Assembly: GCA_049840735.1 (NCBI GenBank)
Contig: JASGJN010000026.1
Coordinates: 320,001-384,000 of the forward strand
DNA length: 64,000 nt
Reading direction: 5' to 3'
DNA from: Anaeromyxobacter sp.
GTDB lineage: Bacteria; Myxococcota; Myxococcia; Myxococcales; Anaeromyxobacteraceae
The notes under the pieces were generated by a model, which saw only the letters and a program-made list of their open reading frames with translations, was not told the origin of the DNA and ran no database searches. The position numbers and the translations under genes are program-made. Below are positions 44,451 through 55,159 of this stretch, piece by piece. Each line of letters begins with the position of its first letter. Position 1 is the stretch's first letter.

Positions 44451-44953
44451 TGTCGCTGTACGTGGTGGACGTGGAGGCGGACGGGCCGATCCCCGGCAAG
44501 TACTCGATGGTCTCCTTCGGCGCTGTGCTGGTGGAGCCCGGGCTGGGCCGCACCTTCTACGGCACCACCCGCCCCATCTCCGACCTCTGGCTGCCCGAGG
44601 CGCTGGCCATCTCCGGCGTGACGCGCGAGCAGCACCTGCGCCACGACGAGCCGGGCTCCACCATGGAGGCCTTCGAGAAGTGGGTCACCGAGACGTCGAA
44701 GGGGCGGCCCATCTTCTTCGCCGACAACCTCTCCTTCGACTGGCAGTACATCAACTGGTACTTCCACACCTACCTCGGCCGGAACCCCTTCGGCTGGTCG
44801 GGCCGGCGTATCGGCGACCTCTACTGCGGCATGGTGAAGGACGCCTACGCGCAGTGGAAGCACCTCCGCACCACCTCGCACGATCACCACCCGGTCAACG
44901 ACGCCAAGGGCAACGCCGAGGTGCTGCTCAAGCTTGAATCGAGCAGGGGCTGA
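44450..44953 (+). CDS. DEDDh 3'-5' exoribonuclease family protein
   Basis: VDVEADGP, SFDW and HHPVNDA motifs; the 3' end may be frameshifted (alternative stop ~44970). Confidence 0.85.
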   Translation: MSLYVVDVEADGPIPGKYSMVSFGAVLVEPGLGRTFYGTTRPISDLWLPEALAISGVTREQHLRHDEPGSTMEAFEKWVTETSKGRPIFFADNLSFDWQYINWYFHTYLGRNPFGWSGRRIGDLYCGMVKDAYAQWKHLRTTSHDHHPVNDAKGNAEVLLKLESSRG

Positions 44954-45059
44954 AGCTCTCGCTGCGGTGAAACTGTTCGGGCCGGCGAAGCCGGCACGAA
45001 CCGCCTTGGCGCTGCGTGCGGCTGCCGCTCGGCGCTCCTTCGGCTGCGCCTGGCCCCTG

Positions 45060-45167
45060 CCCTTCGACTCCGCGCCCGCTGCGCGGGCGCTACGCTCAGG
45101 ACGAACGGGTCGAGATGTCCGTTCGCCCTGAGCGTAGCCGCGGCGACGCCGCGGCGGAGTCGAAGGG
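45060..45167. repeat. Inverted pair of REP-like elements
   Basis: 45060-45108 (reverse) and 45119-45167 (forward), between convergent genes. Confidence 0.8.
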
Positions 45168-45173
45168 CAGGCG

Positions 45174-46041
45174 TCACTTGGCCGGAGCCGCCGGCGCCGC
45201 CGGCAGCGGCGGCAGCGCCCTTGATCTTCGCCTTCACCGCCGCCAGCCTGGTCCCGTCGCGCCCGCCGGTGCCCTCCAGCTTGTGCTCGGCGATATAGGC
45301 GTTGGCCTTCTCGATGCGGTCGCCGGTGGCCGGGTGGGTCGAGAACAGGGTGGCCCAGCCCGGCTGCTTCCCCTCGCCCTTCTGCAGCTTGCCGAAGAAG
45401 GTGGCGATGCCGTGCGGGTCGTAGCCGGCCGCGGAGCTGTAGCGGGCGCCGAGCTGGTCCGCCTCCAGCTCCTCGCTGCGGCCGTAGGCCAGCATGGCGG
45501 TCTTGCCGGCCAGCCCGGCCGCCATCTGGGCCACGGCGTTCGGCTGCTTGCCCAGCGCCATCTCGGTGACCGTCTGCAGGCCGTACGCGTTCACCATCTG
45601 CCGCGCCGAGTGGCGCCCCACCACGTGGCCGGCCTCGTGCCCGAGCACGCCCGCCGCCTCGGCGGTGTTGTCCGCGGCCAGCAGCAGCCCGGTGTAGACG
45701 TAGAGGAAGCCGCCCGGCGTGGCGAAGGCGTTGACGGTCTTGGGGTCGTCGATGACCTTCACCGACCACTCCACGTCCGGCCGGTCCTTCTTCGCGGAGG
45801 GCAGGATCTTGTCGGTGATCTCCTTCACGTAGGCCGTGACCACCGGGTCCTCGACGTAGCGGACCTTCTGCTCCTGCTCCAGCTGCTGCTTCACTTGAAG
45901 TCCCAGCGCCTTCTCCTGGTCGGGCGGGATGAGGACGTCGGCCAGCCCCTTCTCCACGCTGATCCGCTGCTGGGCGGAGCAGGAGAGGGTGGAGACGGCC
46001 AGCAGGGCGGCGGCGGACGAGGCGAGCGTTGAGCGGAGCAT
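45174..46041 (-). CDS. M48 family metalloprotease lipoprotein; probable extra base near 45219
   Basis: VNAFATPGG, HEAGH, ELEAD and FSTHP motifs; removing one base gives KIKALPPLPAAPAAPAK* ending before the REPs. Confidence 0.88.
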
Positions 46042-46164
46042 CCGGCCTGCGTAGCCCAAGACCCGCCGCGGGGCAGCATCCCGGCCGGGGGGTGCGGGGT
46101 TGGACGGCGCTCGCCGGGTGCGGTACGAGAGGCAACCCACGTCTGGTGCAGGGGAGGAGCGCGG

Positions 46165-46932
46165 ATGCGCAGGCTAATCGTGATCGGGGTGGTGCTGCTG
46201 GTCGCCACCGGCGGCCTGGCGGCGTGGTCGTTCTGGACCCCGGCCCCGCCGCCCCCGGCGCCCACCCCGGCCCCGCTCCCGGTGGACGTGCCCACGCACG
46301 CGCTGGACGCCTCGCGCATCCAGACCGGCCGGCTCGCGGTGGACCGGCTGCCCGAGGAGGTCACCACCACGCTGGAGCGCCACACCGTCGAGCTCACGCA
46401 CACCACCGAGGTGCTGGCCTCGAAGCAGGCGCGCATCGTCGGCACCTGCCCGCCCGGCTCCGCCATCCGGGTGGTGGAGGAGGACGGGTCGGTGCTTTGC
46501 CAGCGCGTCGGCAAGGGGGTGGCGTCGGTCACGGCGCTGGCCGGCGTGCCGCGCGTCTCCACCACCGCCACCGCGCAGGGCACGGTCCCGGGCGGCGTGG
46601 GGCGCTACCAGACCGCCGGCGACGACGACTTCCTGGTGGTCCCGGTGCAGCTGCCCGACGGCGCCGTCGTGACCGGCTTCTCGTACATCTACTGGGACGA
46701 CGACCCGGCCGTGGACGGCGGCGCCTTCCTCTACCGCTCGGACGACACGGTCCTGGCCGCGGTGGGGACCGAGAAGGCCAAGGCGGAGGTGCGGGTGGTC
46801 TCGACCGAGGAGATCGACGCCAAGAAGGTCACCAACGACGGGTTCGCCTACCTGGTCTTCTTCCAGACCTCGAGCCAGGCGGGGCAGAAGCTCATGCCCA
46901 TCGCGGCGTCGATCAGCTACAGGCTGCCCTGA
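46165..46932 (+). CDS. Hypothetical membrane-anchored protein
   Basis: N-terminal TM; GTCPPGSAIR..DGSVLC and PVQLPDGA motifs. Confidence 0.7.
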   Translation: MRRLIVIGVVLLVATGGLAAWSFWTPAPPPPAPTPAPLPVDVPTHALDASRIQTGRLAVDRLPEEVTTTLERHTVELTHTTEVLASKQARIVGTCPPGSAIRVVEEDGSVLCQRVGKGVASVTALAGVPRVSTTATAQGTVPGGVGRYQTAGDDDFLVVPVQLPDGAVVTGFSYIYWDDDPAVDGGAFLYRSDDTVLAAVGTEKAKAEVRVVSTEEIDAKKVTNDGFAYLVFFQTSSQAGQKLMPIAASISYRLP

Positions 46933-47014
46933 CCCGCCCGGACGGGCGGTCACCTCCCTGAGGCCGGATGTCCGAGGCCCGGGGCGCGCCATTCCGGCTA
47001 CAATCCCGCCCCCC

Positions 47015-48156
47015 ATGTCCCGCGGAACCCTCGGCCGCACCCGGCGGCTCGTCGTCAAGGTCGGCACCGGCACCCTCACCGACCGTCAAGGCCGCTTCAA
47101 TCGCGAGAACTGCGCCCGCCTCGCCGCCGACCTGGCGGAGGTGGCCAAGGGGCGCAAGGTGGTGCTGGTCTCCTCCGGCGCGGTGGCGCTGGGCGCGGAG
47201 CGGCTGGGGCTGGTCCGGTCGCGCGCCAAGCCCTGGGACATCCCCACCAAGCAGGCCTGCGCCGCCACCGGGCAGCCGCACCTGATGGCCGCCTGGGGCG
47301 AGGCGCTGGGGGCGCACGCGCTGCTCACCGCGCAGGTCCTGCTCACCGCCGACGACCTGGCCTCGCGCAAGCGCTTCCTGAACGCGCGCCGCACCTTCGC
47401 CAAGCTGCTGGAGCGCGGCGCGGTGCCGGTGGTGAACGAGAACGACACCGTGGCGGTGGACGAATCAAGGTCGGCGACAACGACACGCTGGCCGGGCTGG
47501 TGGCCGGCTGCGTCGAGGCCGACCTGGTGGTGATGCTCACCGACGTGGAGGGGCTGTACGACCGGAACCCCTCCGAGGCCGGCGCGCAGCTGGTCCACGA
47601 CGTGCCCCGGATCACCGCCGAGGTGGAGCGGATCGCCGGCGGCGCCGGCAGCGAGCGGAGCGTCGGCGGGATGGCCACCAAGGTCCGCGCCGCCCGCCGC
47701 CTCGCCGCCCAGGGCGTGGCCACCGCCCTCCTCTCCGGCCGCCGCCCGGGGGCGCTGCAGGCCCTGCTCTCCGGCGAGCGCATCGGCACCGTCTTCGCCC
47801 GCGGCGACGAGCGGCTCACCTCGCGCAAGGGGTGGCTGGCGGCGGCCGCGCGCGGCAAGGGCGTCATCGTGGTGGACGCCGGCGCGCGGCGCGCGCTCAC
47901 CGAGGGAGGCCGCAGCCTCCTCCCCAGCGGGGTGAAGGGGGTGGAGGGACAGTTCGGGGTGGGGGACCCGGTGGACATCGCGCTCGAGTCGGGGCGCCCC
48001 TTCGCCCGCGGGCTGGCCGGCTACGCCGCCGAGGAGGTCCGGCGCATCGCCGGCCTGAAGACGGGCGAGATCGAGCGGACGCTCGGCTATAAGTACCTGG
48101 ACGAGGTCGTCCACCGGAACGACCTGGTGGTGCTGGAAGGCAAGGAAGACCGATGA
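47015..48156 (+). CDS. proB: Glutamate 5-kinase; apparent frameshift at ~47464
   Basis: [19 protein letters not shown] | [13 protein letters not shown] motifs and PUA domain. Confidence 0.93.
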
Positions 48157-49433
48157 GACAGCAGCAGCAGGACCTGGCCGCCGGGATGCGGGCGCTGGCA
48201 GAGGCCGCGCGAGACGCGGCCCGCGCGCTGGGCCGGGCCGACACGCGCACCAAGGACGCCGCCATCCGGGCCGGCGCCGACGCCCTCCTGGCGCGCTCAA
48301 AGGAGATCCTGGCCGCCAACGCGGGCGACCTCGAGGCAGCCCGCCAGGCCGGCCAGAAGGCGGCCTACCTGGACCGGCTGGCGCTCGACCCGAAGCGGCT
48401 AGAGGGGATCGCCGCCGCGCTGCGCGAGGTGGCCTCGCTCCCGGATCCGGTGGGCGCGGTCACCTCCAGCTGGCGCCGCCCGAACGGCCTCGAGGTGAAG
48501 AAGGTCCGCATCCCGCTGGGCGTGGTGCTGATGGTCTACGAGGCCCGGCCCAACGTCTCGGTGGAGGCGGCCGCGCTCTGCGTGAAGAGCGGCAACGCCG
48601 CCATCCTGCGCCCGGGCTCGGACGCGCTCCGCTCCTCGCTGGCGCTGGCCAGCGCCTTCGGCGAGGGGCTGGCCCAGGCCGGCCTGCCGGCGGCCAGCGC
48701 GCAGGTGGTACCCACGCCCGACCGCGAGGCCACCTTCGCGCTGCTGCAGCTGGACGACCTGATCGACCTGGCCATCCCGCGCGGCGGCCCCTCGCTGATC
48801 CGCGCCGTGGCCGAGCGGTCGCGCGTGCCGGTGGTGAAGCACTTCCAGGGCGTCTGCCACCTCTACCTGGACGAGAGCGCGGCGGAGGCGCCCTCTGTGG
48901 CCCTGGCCGTCAACGGCAAGGTGCAGCGCCCCGGCGTCTGCAACGCCACCGAGTGCCTGCTGGTGCACCGCGCCGCCGCCGAGCGGCTGCTGCCGGCGGT
49001 GGGCCGGGCGCTGTCCGCCGAGGGGGTGGAGCTGCGCTGCGACCCCACCGCGCTGACGCTGCTGGCCCGGGCCGGCGTGCCGGCCGTGGCCGCCGCCCCG
49101 GACGACTTCGGCAAGGAGTTCCTGGACAAGATCCTGGCCGTGCGCGTGGTGCACGACCTGGACGCCGCCCTGGACCACATCGCCCGCTACGGCTCGCTCC
49201 ACACCGAGGCGATCGTGACCCAGGACCTGGCCTCCGCCCGCCGCTTCGAGCGGGAGGTGGTGGCCAGCGGGGTGATGGTCAACGCCTCCACGCGCTTCAA
49301 CGACGGCGGCGAGCTGGGGCTCGGCGCCGAGATCGGCATCTCCACCACCAAGCTGCACGCGTTCGGGCCCATGGGGCTCGAGGAGCTCACCACCCAGAAG
49401 TTCGTGGTGGAGGGCGCCGGCCACGTGCGGTAG
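48153..49433 (+). CDS. proA: Gamma-glutamyl phosphate reductase
   Basis: YEARPNV, IPRGG, CNATE and [22 protein letters not shown] motifs. Confidence 0.96.
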   Translation: MRQQQQDLAAGMRALAEAARDAARALGRADTRTKDAAIRAGADALLARSKEILAANAGDLEAARQAGQKAAYLDRLALDPKRLEGIAAALREVASLPDPVGAVTSSWRRPNGLEVKKVRIPLGVVLMVYEARPNVSVEAAALCVKSGNAAILRPGSDALRSSLALASAFGEGLAQAGLPAASAQVVPTPDREATFALLQLDDLIDLAIPRGGPSLIRAVAERSRVPVVKHFQGVCHLYLDESAAEAPSVALAVNGKVQRPGVCNATECLLVHRAAAERLLPAVGRALSAEGVELRCDPTALTLLARAGVPAVAAAPDDFGKEFLDKILAVRVVHDLDAALDHIARYGSLHTEAIVTQDLASARRFEREVVASGVMVNASTRFNDGGELGLGAEIGISTTKLHAFGPMGLEELTTQKFVVEGAGHVR

Positions 49434-49457
49434 GGAAGGGACGAGGACACGACCTGA

Positions 49458-50024
49458 ATGGCGACGAAGAAGAAGGCGGCCCCGGCGAAGTCGAAGAAGC
49501 CCACCTCCAGCGCGAAGAAGGCCCGCCCGGCGGCGGCCAAGCGCGGCGCGCCCGTCGGCAAGGGCAAGCGGAAGCCCCGCCGCGGCCCGCCGGAGTCCAC
49601 CGCGACCAAGCGCACCCCGGGCCGCGCCGAGAAGCCGGCGCCGGCGCCCGAGGCGGCCCCGGCCGCCGCGCCGCGCCCTGACCCGGCGCGCCCGACCGCC
49701 ATGGCCATCGCCATGGCCGGCCTGGACAAGAAGGCCGAGGACGTCACCCTGCTCGACGTGCGCGGGCTGACCAGCTACGCCGACTACTTCGTGCTCATGA
49801 CCGCCGACTCCGACCGGCAGGCCGGCGCCATCGCCGATCACGTCGAGCAGACGATGAAGCAGAAGGGCGTCACCAAGGTCGGCGTCGAGGGCTACGAGGG
49901 CGGCCGCTGGATCCTGGTCGACTACGGCGACGTGGTGGCCCACGTCATGAACCGGGAGTCGCGCGGGTTCTACGATCTCGAGGGGCTCTGGGCCGACGCG
50001 CCGCGGATCTCCGTCGAGGGGTGA
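49458..50024 (+). CDS. rsfS: Ribosome silencing factor with Lys/Ala-rich N-terminal extension
   Basis: DKKAEDV, WILVDYGDVVAH and FYDLEGLW motifs. Confidence 0.93.
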   Translation: MATKKKAAPAKSKKPTSSAKKARPAAAKRGAPVGKGKRKPRRGPPESTATKRTPGRAEKPAPAPEAAPAAAPRPDPARPTAMAIAMAGLDKKAEDVTLLDVRGLTSYADYFVLMTADSDRQAGAIADHVEQTMKQKGVTKVGVEGYEGGRWILVDYGDVVAHVMNRESRGFYDLEGLWADAPRISVEG

Positions 50025-50044
50025 GCACGCCGCCCTGGAGCGAT

Positions 50045-50073
50045 GGCCCCGGCCGCCACAGGCGACCGGGGCC
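50045..50073 (+). terminator. Hairpin after rsfS, possible terminator
   Basis: ggccccggccgcc-aca-ggcgaccggggcc. Confidence 0.45.
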
Positions 50074-50124
50074 GTTGCATGTTCCGAGCGCAGGCGTGCC
50101 GCGGGTCGATGCGGCCCGGCGGCG

Positions 50125-50242
50125 CCCTTCGACTCCGCCGCGGCGCTGCCGCGGCTACGCTCAGGGCGAACGGTCGCTCCAGCCCCGCTCGGCCTGAGCG
50201 TAGCGCTTAGCGTAGCGCCGCGCAGCGGCGCGGAGTCGAAGG
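50125..50242. repeat. Inverted pair of REP-like elements
   Basis: 50125-50173 reverse copy; 50193-50242 forward copy with internal duplication agcgtagcg. Confidence 0.8.
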
Positions 50243-50267
50243 CCAGGGCCGAAGTCGTCCGTGCAGC

Positions 50268-50930
50268 TCACGGCAGCACGCCCAGCTCGTCCAGCGCGGT
50301 GTCCAGCTCGGCCGCGTCCCGGTAGACCTGGTAGGCGCCGGCGGCCAGCAGCTCGTCCTGGCCGTAGCCGCCGGTGAGCACGCCCACGCCCAGCATGCGG
50401 GCGCGGCGCGCGGCCAGGAGGTCCCAGACCGCGTCGCCCACCACGTAGCACTCCTCCGGCGCCACCCCGAGCTTGCGCTGGCAGGCCAGGAACAGGTCCG
50501 GCTCGGGCTTGGCGCGCGCCACCTCGGTCCGGTCCACCACCGGCGTCTCCGGCGGCACCTCCAGCGCCTCCAGCGAGCGGTCAATCTCCGGGCGGCGGCC
50601 GGAGGTGGCGATGCCGTGCGGCACCCCGGCCTCGCGCAGGTGGCGGAGCAGCGCCACCGCGCCGGGGAGCGGCCGGCGCACCGGCAGCAGCGAGGTGAAC
50701 AGCTCGCCGTGCCGGTCCTGCAGGAAGCGGGTCTGCTCGGGCGTGAGCGCGTGGCCGACCTCGCGGGCCACGGCGCGCGTGAAGAGCCCGCCGCTCATGC
50801 CGATCTTGCGGTGGATGCGCCAGCCGTCGAGCGGGAGGCCGGCCTCGGAGAGCGCCATCTGCCAGGCCAGGACGTGGGCGTAGACGGTGTCCACCAGCGT
50901 GCCGTCGAGGTCGAAGATGAGCGCGCGCAT
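50268..50930 (-). CDS. HAD family hydrolase
   Basis: FDLDGTLVD, KPEPD and VGDAVWD motifs. Confidence 0.92.
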   Translation of the reverse strand: MRALIFDLDGTLVDTVYAHVLAWQMALSEAGLPLDGWRIHRKIGMSGGLFTRAVAREVGHALTPEQTRFLQDRHGELFTSLLPVRRPLPGAVALLRHLREAGVPHGIATSGRRPEIDRSLEALEVPPETPVVDRTEVARAKPEPDLFLACQRKLGVAPEECYVVGDAVWDLLAARRARMLGVGVLTGGYGQDELLAAGAYQVYRDAAELDTALDELGVLP

Positions 50931-51089
50931 GGCCCGGCTTCTACCGCGCGCCCGGGGGCGCCGCCAGCGTCCGGGCGGGCGAGCGGGCGGCGCTCCAGCG
51001 CGCGATCGGCCGGATGGGTCGCCACGTTGCATCCGGGCCCTGCAGAAGGATCGTCCGTGGGAGGGGGCAGCGAGGAGAGAGGCGGAGCG

Positions 51090-51581
51090 ATGGCGCGGAA
51101 GCAGGGCGGGCCGGGCAAGGCGGGCAAGGGTTCGGATGGGCGAGGGAGCAAGCGGGTGGTCGAACGGGGCGTGAAGGTCTCGGCCGTGGCCAGCACGCGC
51201 GGGCCGCCCTCAACCACCGTGCACGTCGAGGTGGAGCCGGCGGCCATGGCGGAGCAGGCGGGAGACGTGGGGGAGGTGCGGCGGGTCGAGGCGGAGCTGC
51301 CGGAGGAGCGCGACGGCGCGGTGCGCTGGTCCAGGCAGGAGCTGCACCGGCTGGCGCGCGAGCGGCGGGTGGCGGACGGGAAGGAGACGGCGGTGGAGCG
51401 GTTCGGCGGCACGCACCTGGGCCCCAGCGACGCCCAGCGGCTGGGGGTGGGGGTGGACGTGCAGACCGATCGCGGCACGCTGCGGGCCCCGGCGCGCAGC
51501 GAGGCGTACGCGGTGCGCGAGGCGGACAAGCCGCGGCAGCGCGAGCGGGTGCAGCGGCCGGCGGGGAAGAAGAAGCGCTAG
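51090..51581 (+). CDS. Hypothetical protein
   Basis: GGAG RBS; basic/charged ORF filling the intergenic gap. Confidence 0.5.
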   Translation: MARKQGGPGKAGKGSDGRGSKRVVERGVKVSAVASTRGPPSTTVHVEVEPAAMAEQAGDVGEVRRVEAELPEERDGAVRWSRQELHRLARERRVADGKETAVERFGGTHLGPSDAQRLGVGVDVQTDRGTLRAPARSEAYAVREADKPRQRERVQRPAGKKKR

Positions 51582-52534
51582 GCGGCCGCTCGGGGCCGGT
51601 CGTGGGCCGCGGCGCTGGCCGGGACCTGCGCTGGCCTCGCCGACCGCACGGGGAGCGCGGCGATGCCGGCGGCGGCCAGCACCATGGCGCCGCCGGCCAG
51701 CATGGGCCAGCCGACCGGCTCGTGCAGCACCGCCGCCCCCAGCAGCACCGCCACGGTGGTGTCCACCAGCGGCAGCGCGCCGATCGCCGCCATCGACACG
51801 CGCGGGATGAGCCAGTAGAGGCCGAGGTAGGTGAGGGCGGTGCCGAAGACGGCCAGGTAGAGCAGCGCGCCCACCGCCGGCGCGGTCACCGCCGCGGGGG
51901 CGCGGCCGAACTCCAGCGCGAAGGACGCGGCCAGGAGCAGCACGCCGCCCACCGCGGTCTGGCCGGTGGTGAGGGCCAGCGGCGACACGGCGGTGAGGTG
52001 CCGGCGCGCCACCACGTTGGCCACCGCCACCACCATCGAGGCCAGGACCACCAGCGCGCTGCCGGCCGCCAGGCGCCCGGAGGCCTCCAGGTCGGAGAGG
52101 TGCGGCGCCTGCAGCACCACCACGCCGGCGATGCCCACCGCCACCGAGAGGAGCCTGAGCGGCGTGAGCCGCTCCTCCGGGAGCCAGAGCCGCGCCACGA
52201 TGGCCACCCAGATCGGGAAGGTGGCGAAGAGGACCGCCGAGAGGCTGGACGGGACCCACTGCTGCGCCAGGAAGAGCAGGCCGTAGGGGAGGGCGATCTG
52301 GAACAGCCCCACCACCGCCACCCGGCCGCGGTGGGGGCCCAGCACCTCGCGCCAGTGGCCGCCCCGCAGCGCCACCGGCGCCAGCAGCGCCGCGGCCAGC
52401 GCCATCCGGACGCCGGCGAAGAGCAGCGGCGGGAGCGCGTCCAGGCCGATGCGCACCACCATCCAGGTCGAGCCCCAGAGGACGGCGACGCCCAGGTAGA
52501 CGATTGCGAGGGTGGGACGGAGGCGGGCGGACAC
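51578..52534 (-). CDS. EamA/DMT family transporter
   Basis: LWGSTW, PPLLFAGVR, ~10 TM helices and LHEP motif. Confidence 0.9.
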   Translation of the reverse strand: MSARLRPTLAIVYLGVAVLWGSTWMVVRIGLDALPPLLFAGVRMALAAALLAPVALRGGHWREVLGPHRGRVAVVGLFQIALPYGLLFLAQQWVPSSLSAVLFATFPIWVAIVARLWLPEERLTPLRLLSVAVGIAGVVVLQAPHLSDLEASGRLAAGSALVVLASMVVAVANVVARRHLTAVSPLALTTGQTAVGGVLLLAASFALEFGRAPAAVTAPAVGALLYLAVFGTALTYLGLYWLIPRVSMAAIGALPLVDTTVAVLLGAAVLHEPVGWPMLAGGAMVLAAAGIAALPVRSARPAQVPASAAAHDRPRAAA

Positions 52535-52637
52535 GGGCCGGGCATCGTAGATCAGCCTCCGCCCGGCGGCCCAGCGACCGGGCGCCTCGCCTCCCCCGCC
52601 TCGGCCAGGCGGGGGAGCGTGATCCTGCGAGCCGCAC

Positions 52638-54294
52638 CTACTCCTGCGCCAGCCGCCACACGCCGGTGGAGGTGGCCGGCAGCGACACGCTCCAGGCCTC
52701 GGCGCCGGGCGTCACCGTCGCGCCGTCGTCCACCAGCAGCGGCTCGGGGGCGCCGGTCAGGGTCGGGAGCGCCGCGGTGGCGGCGGTGGCGCCCAGGTTG
52801 TGGACCACCAGCACCGCCTCGCCGTCGAGCGTGCGGAGCAGCGCCAGCACCGGGCCGCCGCCGGACTCCAGCACGGTGGTGGTCCCGCGCTGCAGCGCCG
52901 GCGAGCCGGCGCGCAGCCGGATCAGCTGGCGGCTGCGGGAGAGGAGCGAGGTCGGGTCGGCGCTCTCGGTGGCCACGTTGATGGTGGCGAGGCCGGGCGC
53001 GAGCGGCACCCAGGGCGTGCCGGTGGTGAAGCCGCCCCGCGGCGCCGTGCCGTTCCAGTGCATGGGCGTGCGGTAGCAGAGGTCGCCGCTGCAGCTGCTG
53101 GTGCCGTTGGGGAGGCCCAGCTCGTCGCCGTAGTAGAGCGTGGGCGTGCCCTGGCTGGTGAGCAGGATGCCCAGCGCCACCCGCTTCTGCGCGGTGGAGA
53201 GGCCGGTGGAGGCGCGGCCGACGTCGTGGTTGGAGAGGAAGGGGGCGTCGCCGGCGCCGGCCGGGTAGTGGCTCGCCACATCGTCCAGCACCCAGGCGAT
53301 CCCCTCGCCCGAGCCGCTGGCGACCCCGTTGCCGATGGCGCCCTGGAGCGGGAAGTCGAAGTTGAGCCCCAGCTCGTCGCCGCCCGGGAGCGCGACGGTG
53401 TCGCCGAAGTAGGCGGCGATGCGGTCGGTCTCGGTCCAGGCCTCGCCCACCAGCAGCGCGTCCGGCCGGACCGCGCGGACGCGGTCGGCGAAGCCCTTCA
53501 GCGCCGCGTGGGTCCCCGGCTGGTCGGCCTGCTGGCCGCCGCCGGTCTCCACCAGGTACCGGACCGCGTCGAGCCGGAACCCGTCCACGCCCCGCGCCAG
53601 CCAGCCCTCGGCCGCGTCGGCCAGGGCGTCGGCGACGGCCGGGTTGGTCCAGTCGAGATCGGGCATCTCGCTCCAGAAGACGCCGTAGTACCAGGCGCCG
53701 CCGCGCTGGTGCCAGGTCCGGGTGGAGCTCCACGGCTGCGTCCAGCCCGGGTCCGACTCGCGCCACAGGAACCAGTCGCGGTAGGGCGAGTCCACGCTCG
53801 AGACCGCGCTCTGGAACCAGGGGTGCAGCGAGGAGACGTGGTTGGGCACGAAGTCGAGCACCACCTTGAGGCCGCGCGCGTGGGCGGCGGCCACCAGCTC
53901 GTCGAAGTCCTGCTCGGTGCCGTAGGCCGGGTTGACGCCGTCGTAGTCGGTGACGTCGTAGCCGTGGTTGCTGGGCGACGGGTGGATGGGCGAGAGCCAG
54001 ATGGCGTCCACGCCCAGGTCGCCGTCGGTGCCCGGGTCGCCGTCGTTCAGGTAGTCGAGCGAGGCGGTGATGCCGCGCAGGTCGCCGACGCCGTTGCCGT
54101 CGGAGTCGCGGAACGAGCGGACCCAGATTCTGGTAGACCACCGCGCCGTTCCACCACTCCGGCGACGCCGAGGCGGCGCGGGTGCCGTGATCGCGGGGCG
54201 GCGGCGGCGGCGGGACCGGGTCGGTGCCGTCGCTGCTGCCGCAGGCGCACAGCAGGGCGAGGCAGGCGAGGAGGAAGGGCGGGCGGAGGGACAT
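52638..54294 (-). CDS. GH13 alpha-amylase family lipoprotein; apparent frameshift at ~54128
   Basis: Lipobox [39 protein letters not shown] and FLSNHD motifs. Confidence 0.9.
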
Positions 54295-54387
54295 GCGGGC
54301 AGGACGGCGGAGCCCGCGGTTTGTGACGGGTCACGGCGGCGACCACGCCGGCACAGGCCGCCCACGCGATCGGCTTCAGACCAGGCG

Positions 54388-55002
54388 CTAGCCGCGCCGC
54401 CGCCGCCGGCGCCAGGTCAGGTCCACCCGGATGCGCGTGTCCTGCGAGCCGTCCCACTGGACCTGCAGCCCCTCGGCGCGCAGCGCGGCGGCCACCTCGT
54501 GGCCCACGTCGAGGCAGGAGGACTGCCACTGCTCATCCGGCGACCCGGGCGGCAGCACCGCGCCGTAGGCCAGGAACAGGCCCTGCCCCTCGGCGGCGCT
54601 CTCGGTGTCCTGCTGGTGGAAGAAGGTGTAGCCGTGCACCGGCCCGGGCGCGGCCTCGATCTCCACCCCGATCTCGTGGTGGCCGCAGTTCTGGCAGCAG
54701 GCGAAGTCCTGCCGCGCCAGCACGCCCTTCTTCTCCAGCTTGTCGAAGGCGCGATCGAGCCGGTCGCAGTCGGTGGGGACCGGCCAGTCAAGCTCCTCCT
54801 GGCGGCGCTCGTCGAAGACCTGCTCGGCCAGCCCGCGCACCCGATCCTCGAGGCCGGGGAGGTCGCCGTGCAGGTCGGAGAAGACGTCCAGCGCCCAGCG
54901 GATGATCCCGTCGTCGGTGGAGTAGCCCTCCACCGCGCGCTTCCGCAGCTCGGTGCGGATCGCCTCGTCGGTCAGCGGCTCGACCTGCTCGACCCGGTCC
55001 AT
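54388..55002 (-). CDS. Conserved hypothetical protein (DUF6891-like)
   Basis: TDCDRLDRAF, FACCQNCG, FFHQQDTE and WDGS..RI motifs. Confidence 0.7.
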   Translation of the reverse strand: MDRVEQVEPLTDEAIRTELRKRAVEGYSTDDGIIRWALDVFSDLHGDLPGLEDRVRGLAEQVFDERRQEELDWPVPTDCDRLDRAFDKLEKKGVLARQDFACCQNCGHHEIGVEIEAAPGPVHGYTFFHQQDTESAAEGQGLFLAYGAVLPPGSPDEQWQSSCLDVGHEVAAALRAEGLQVQWDGSQDTRIRVDLTWRRRRRRG

Positions 55003-55159
55003 GGCGGCTCCCTCGCCGCCTCGCAGTCTATCGGCTCGGGGTCAGGAGGGCGTGATGACCATCAGGCGCAAGCGGGGCCCGGGAAAAGCCCCGGCGCGCC
55101 CGGTCGGGCGGGTCACCTACGGGAACGCACCAGCTGCGCGCGGTGGTGAGCGCTAACAG

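Noticed and set aside
47015..48156. proB and other split genes as true pseudogenes or programmed frameshifts
   Set aside because: Each has isolated 1-2 bp indels with otherwise intact motifs and no slippery-site pattern; sequencing error is more parsimonious.
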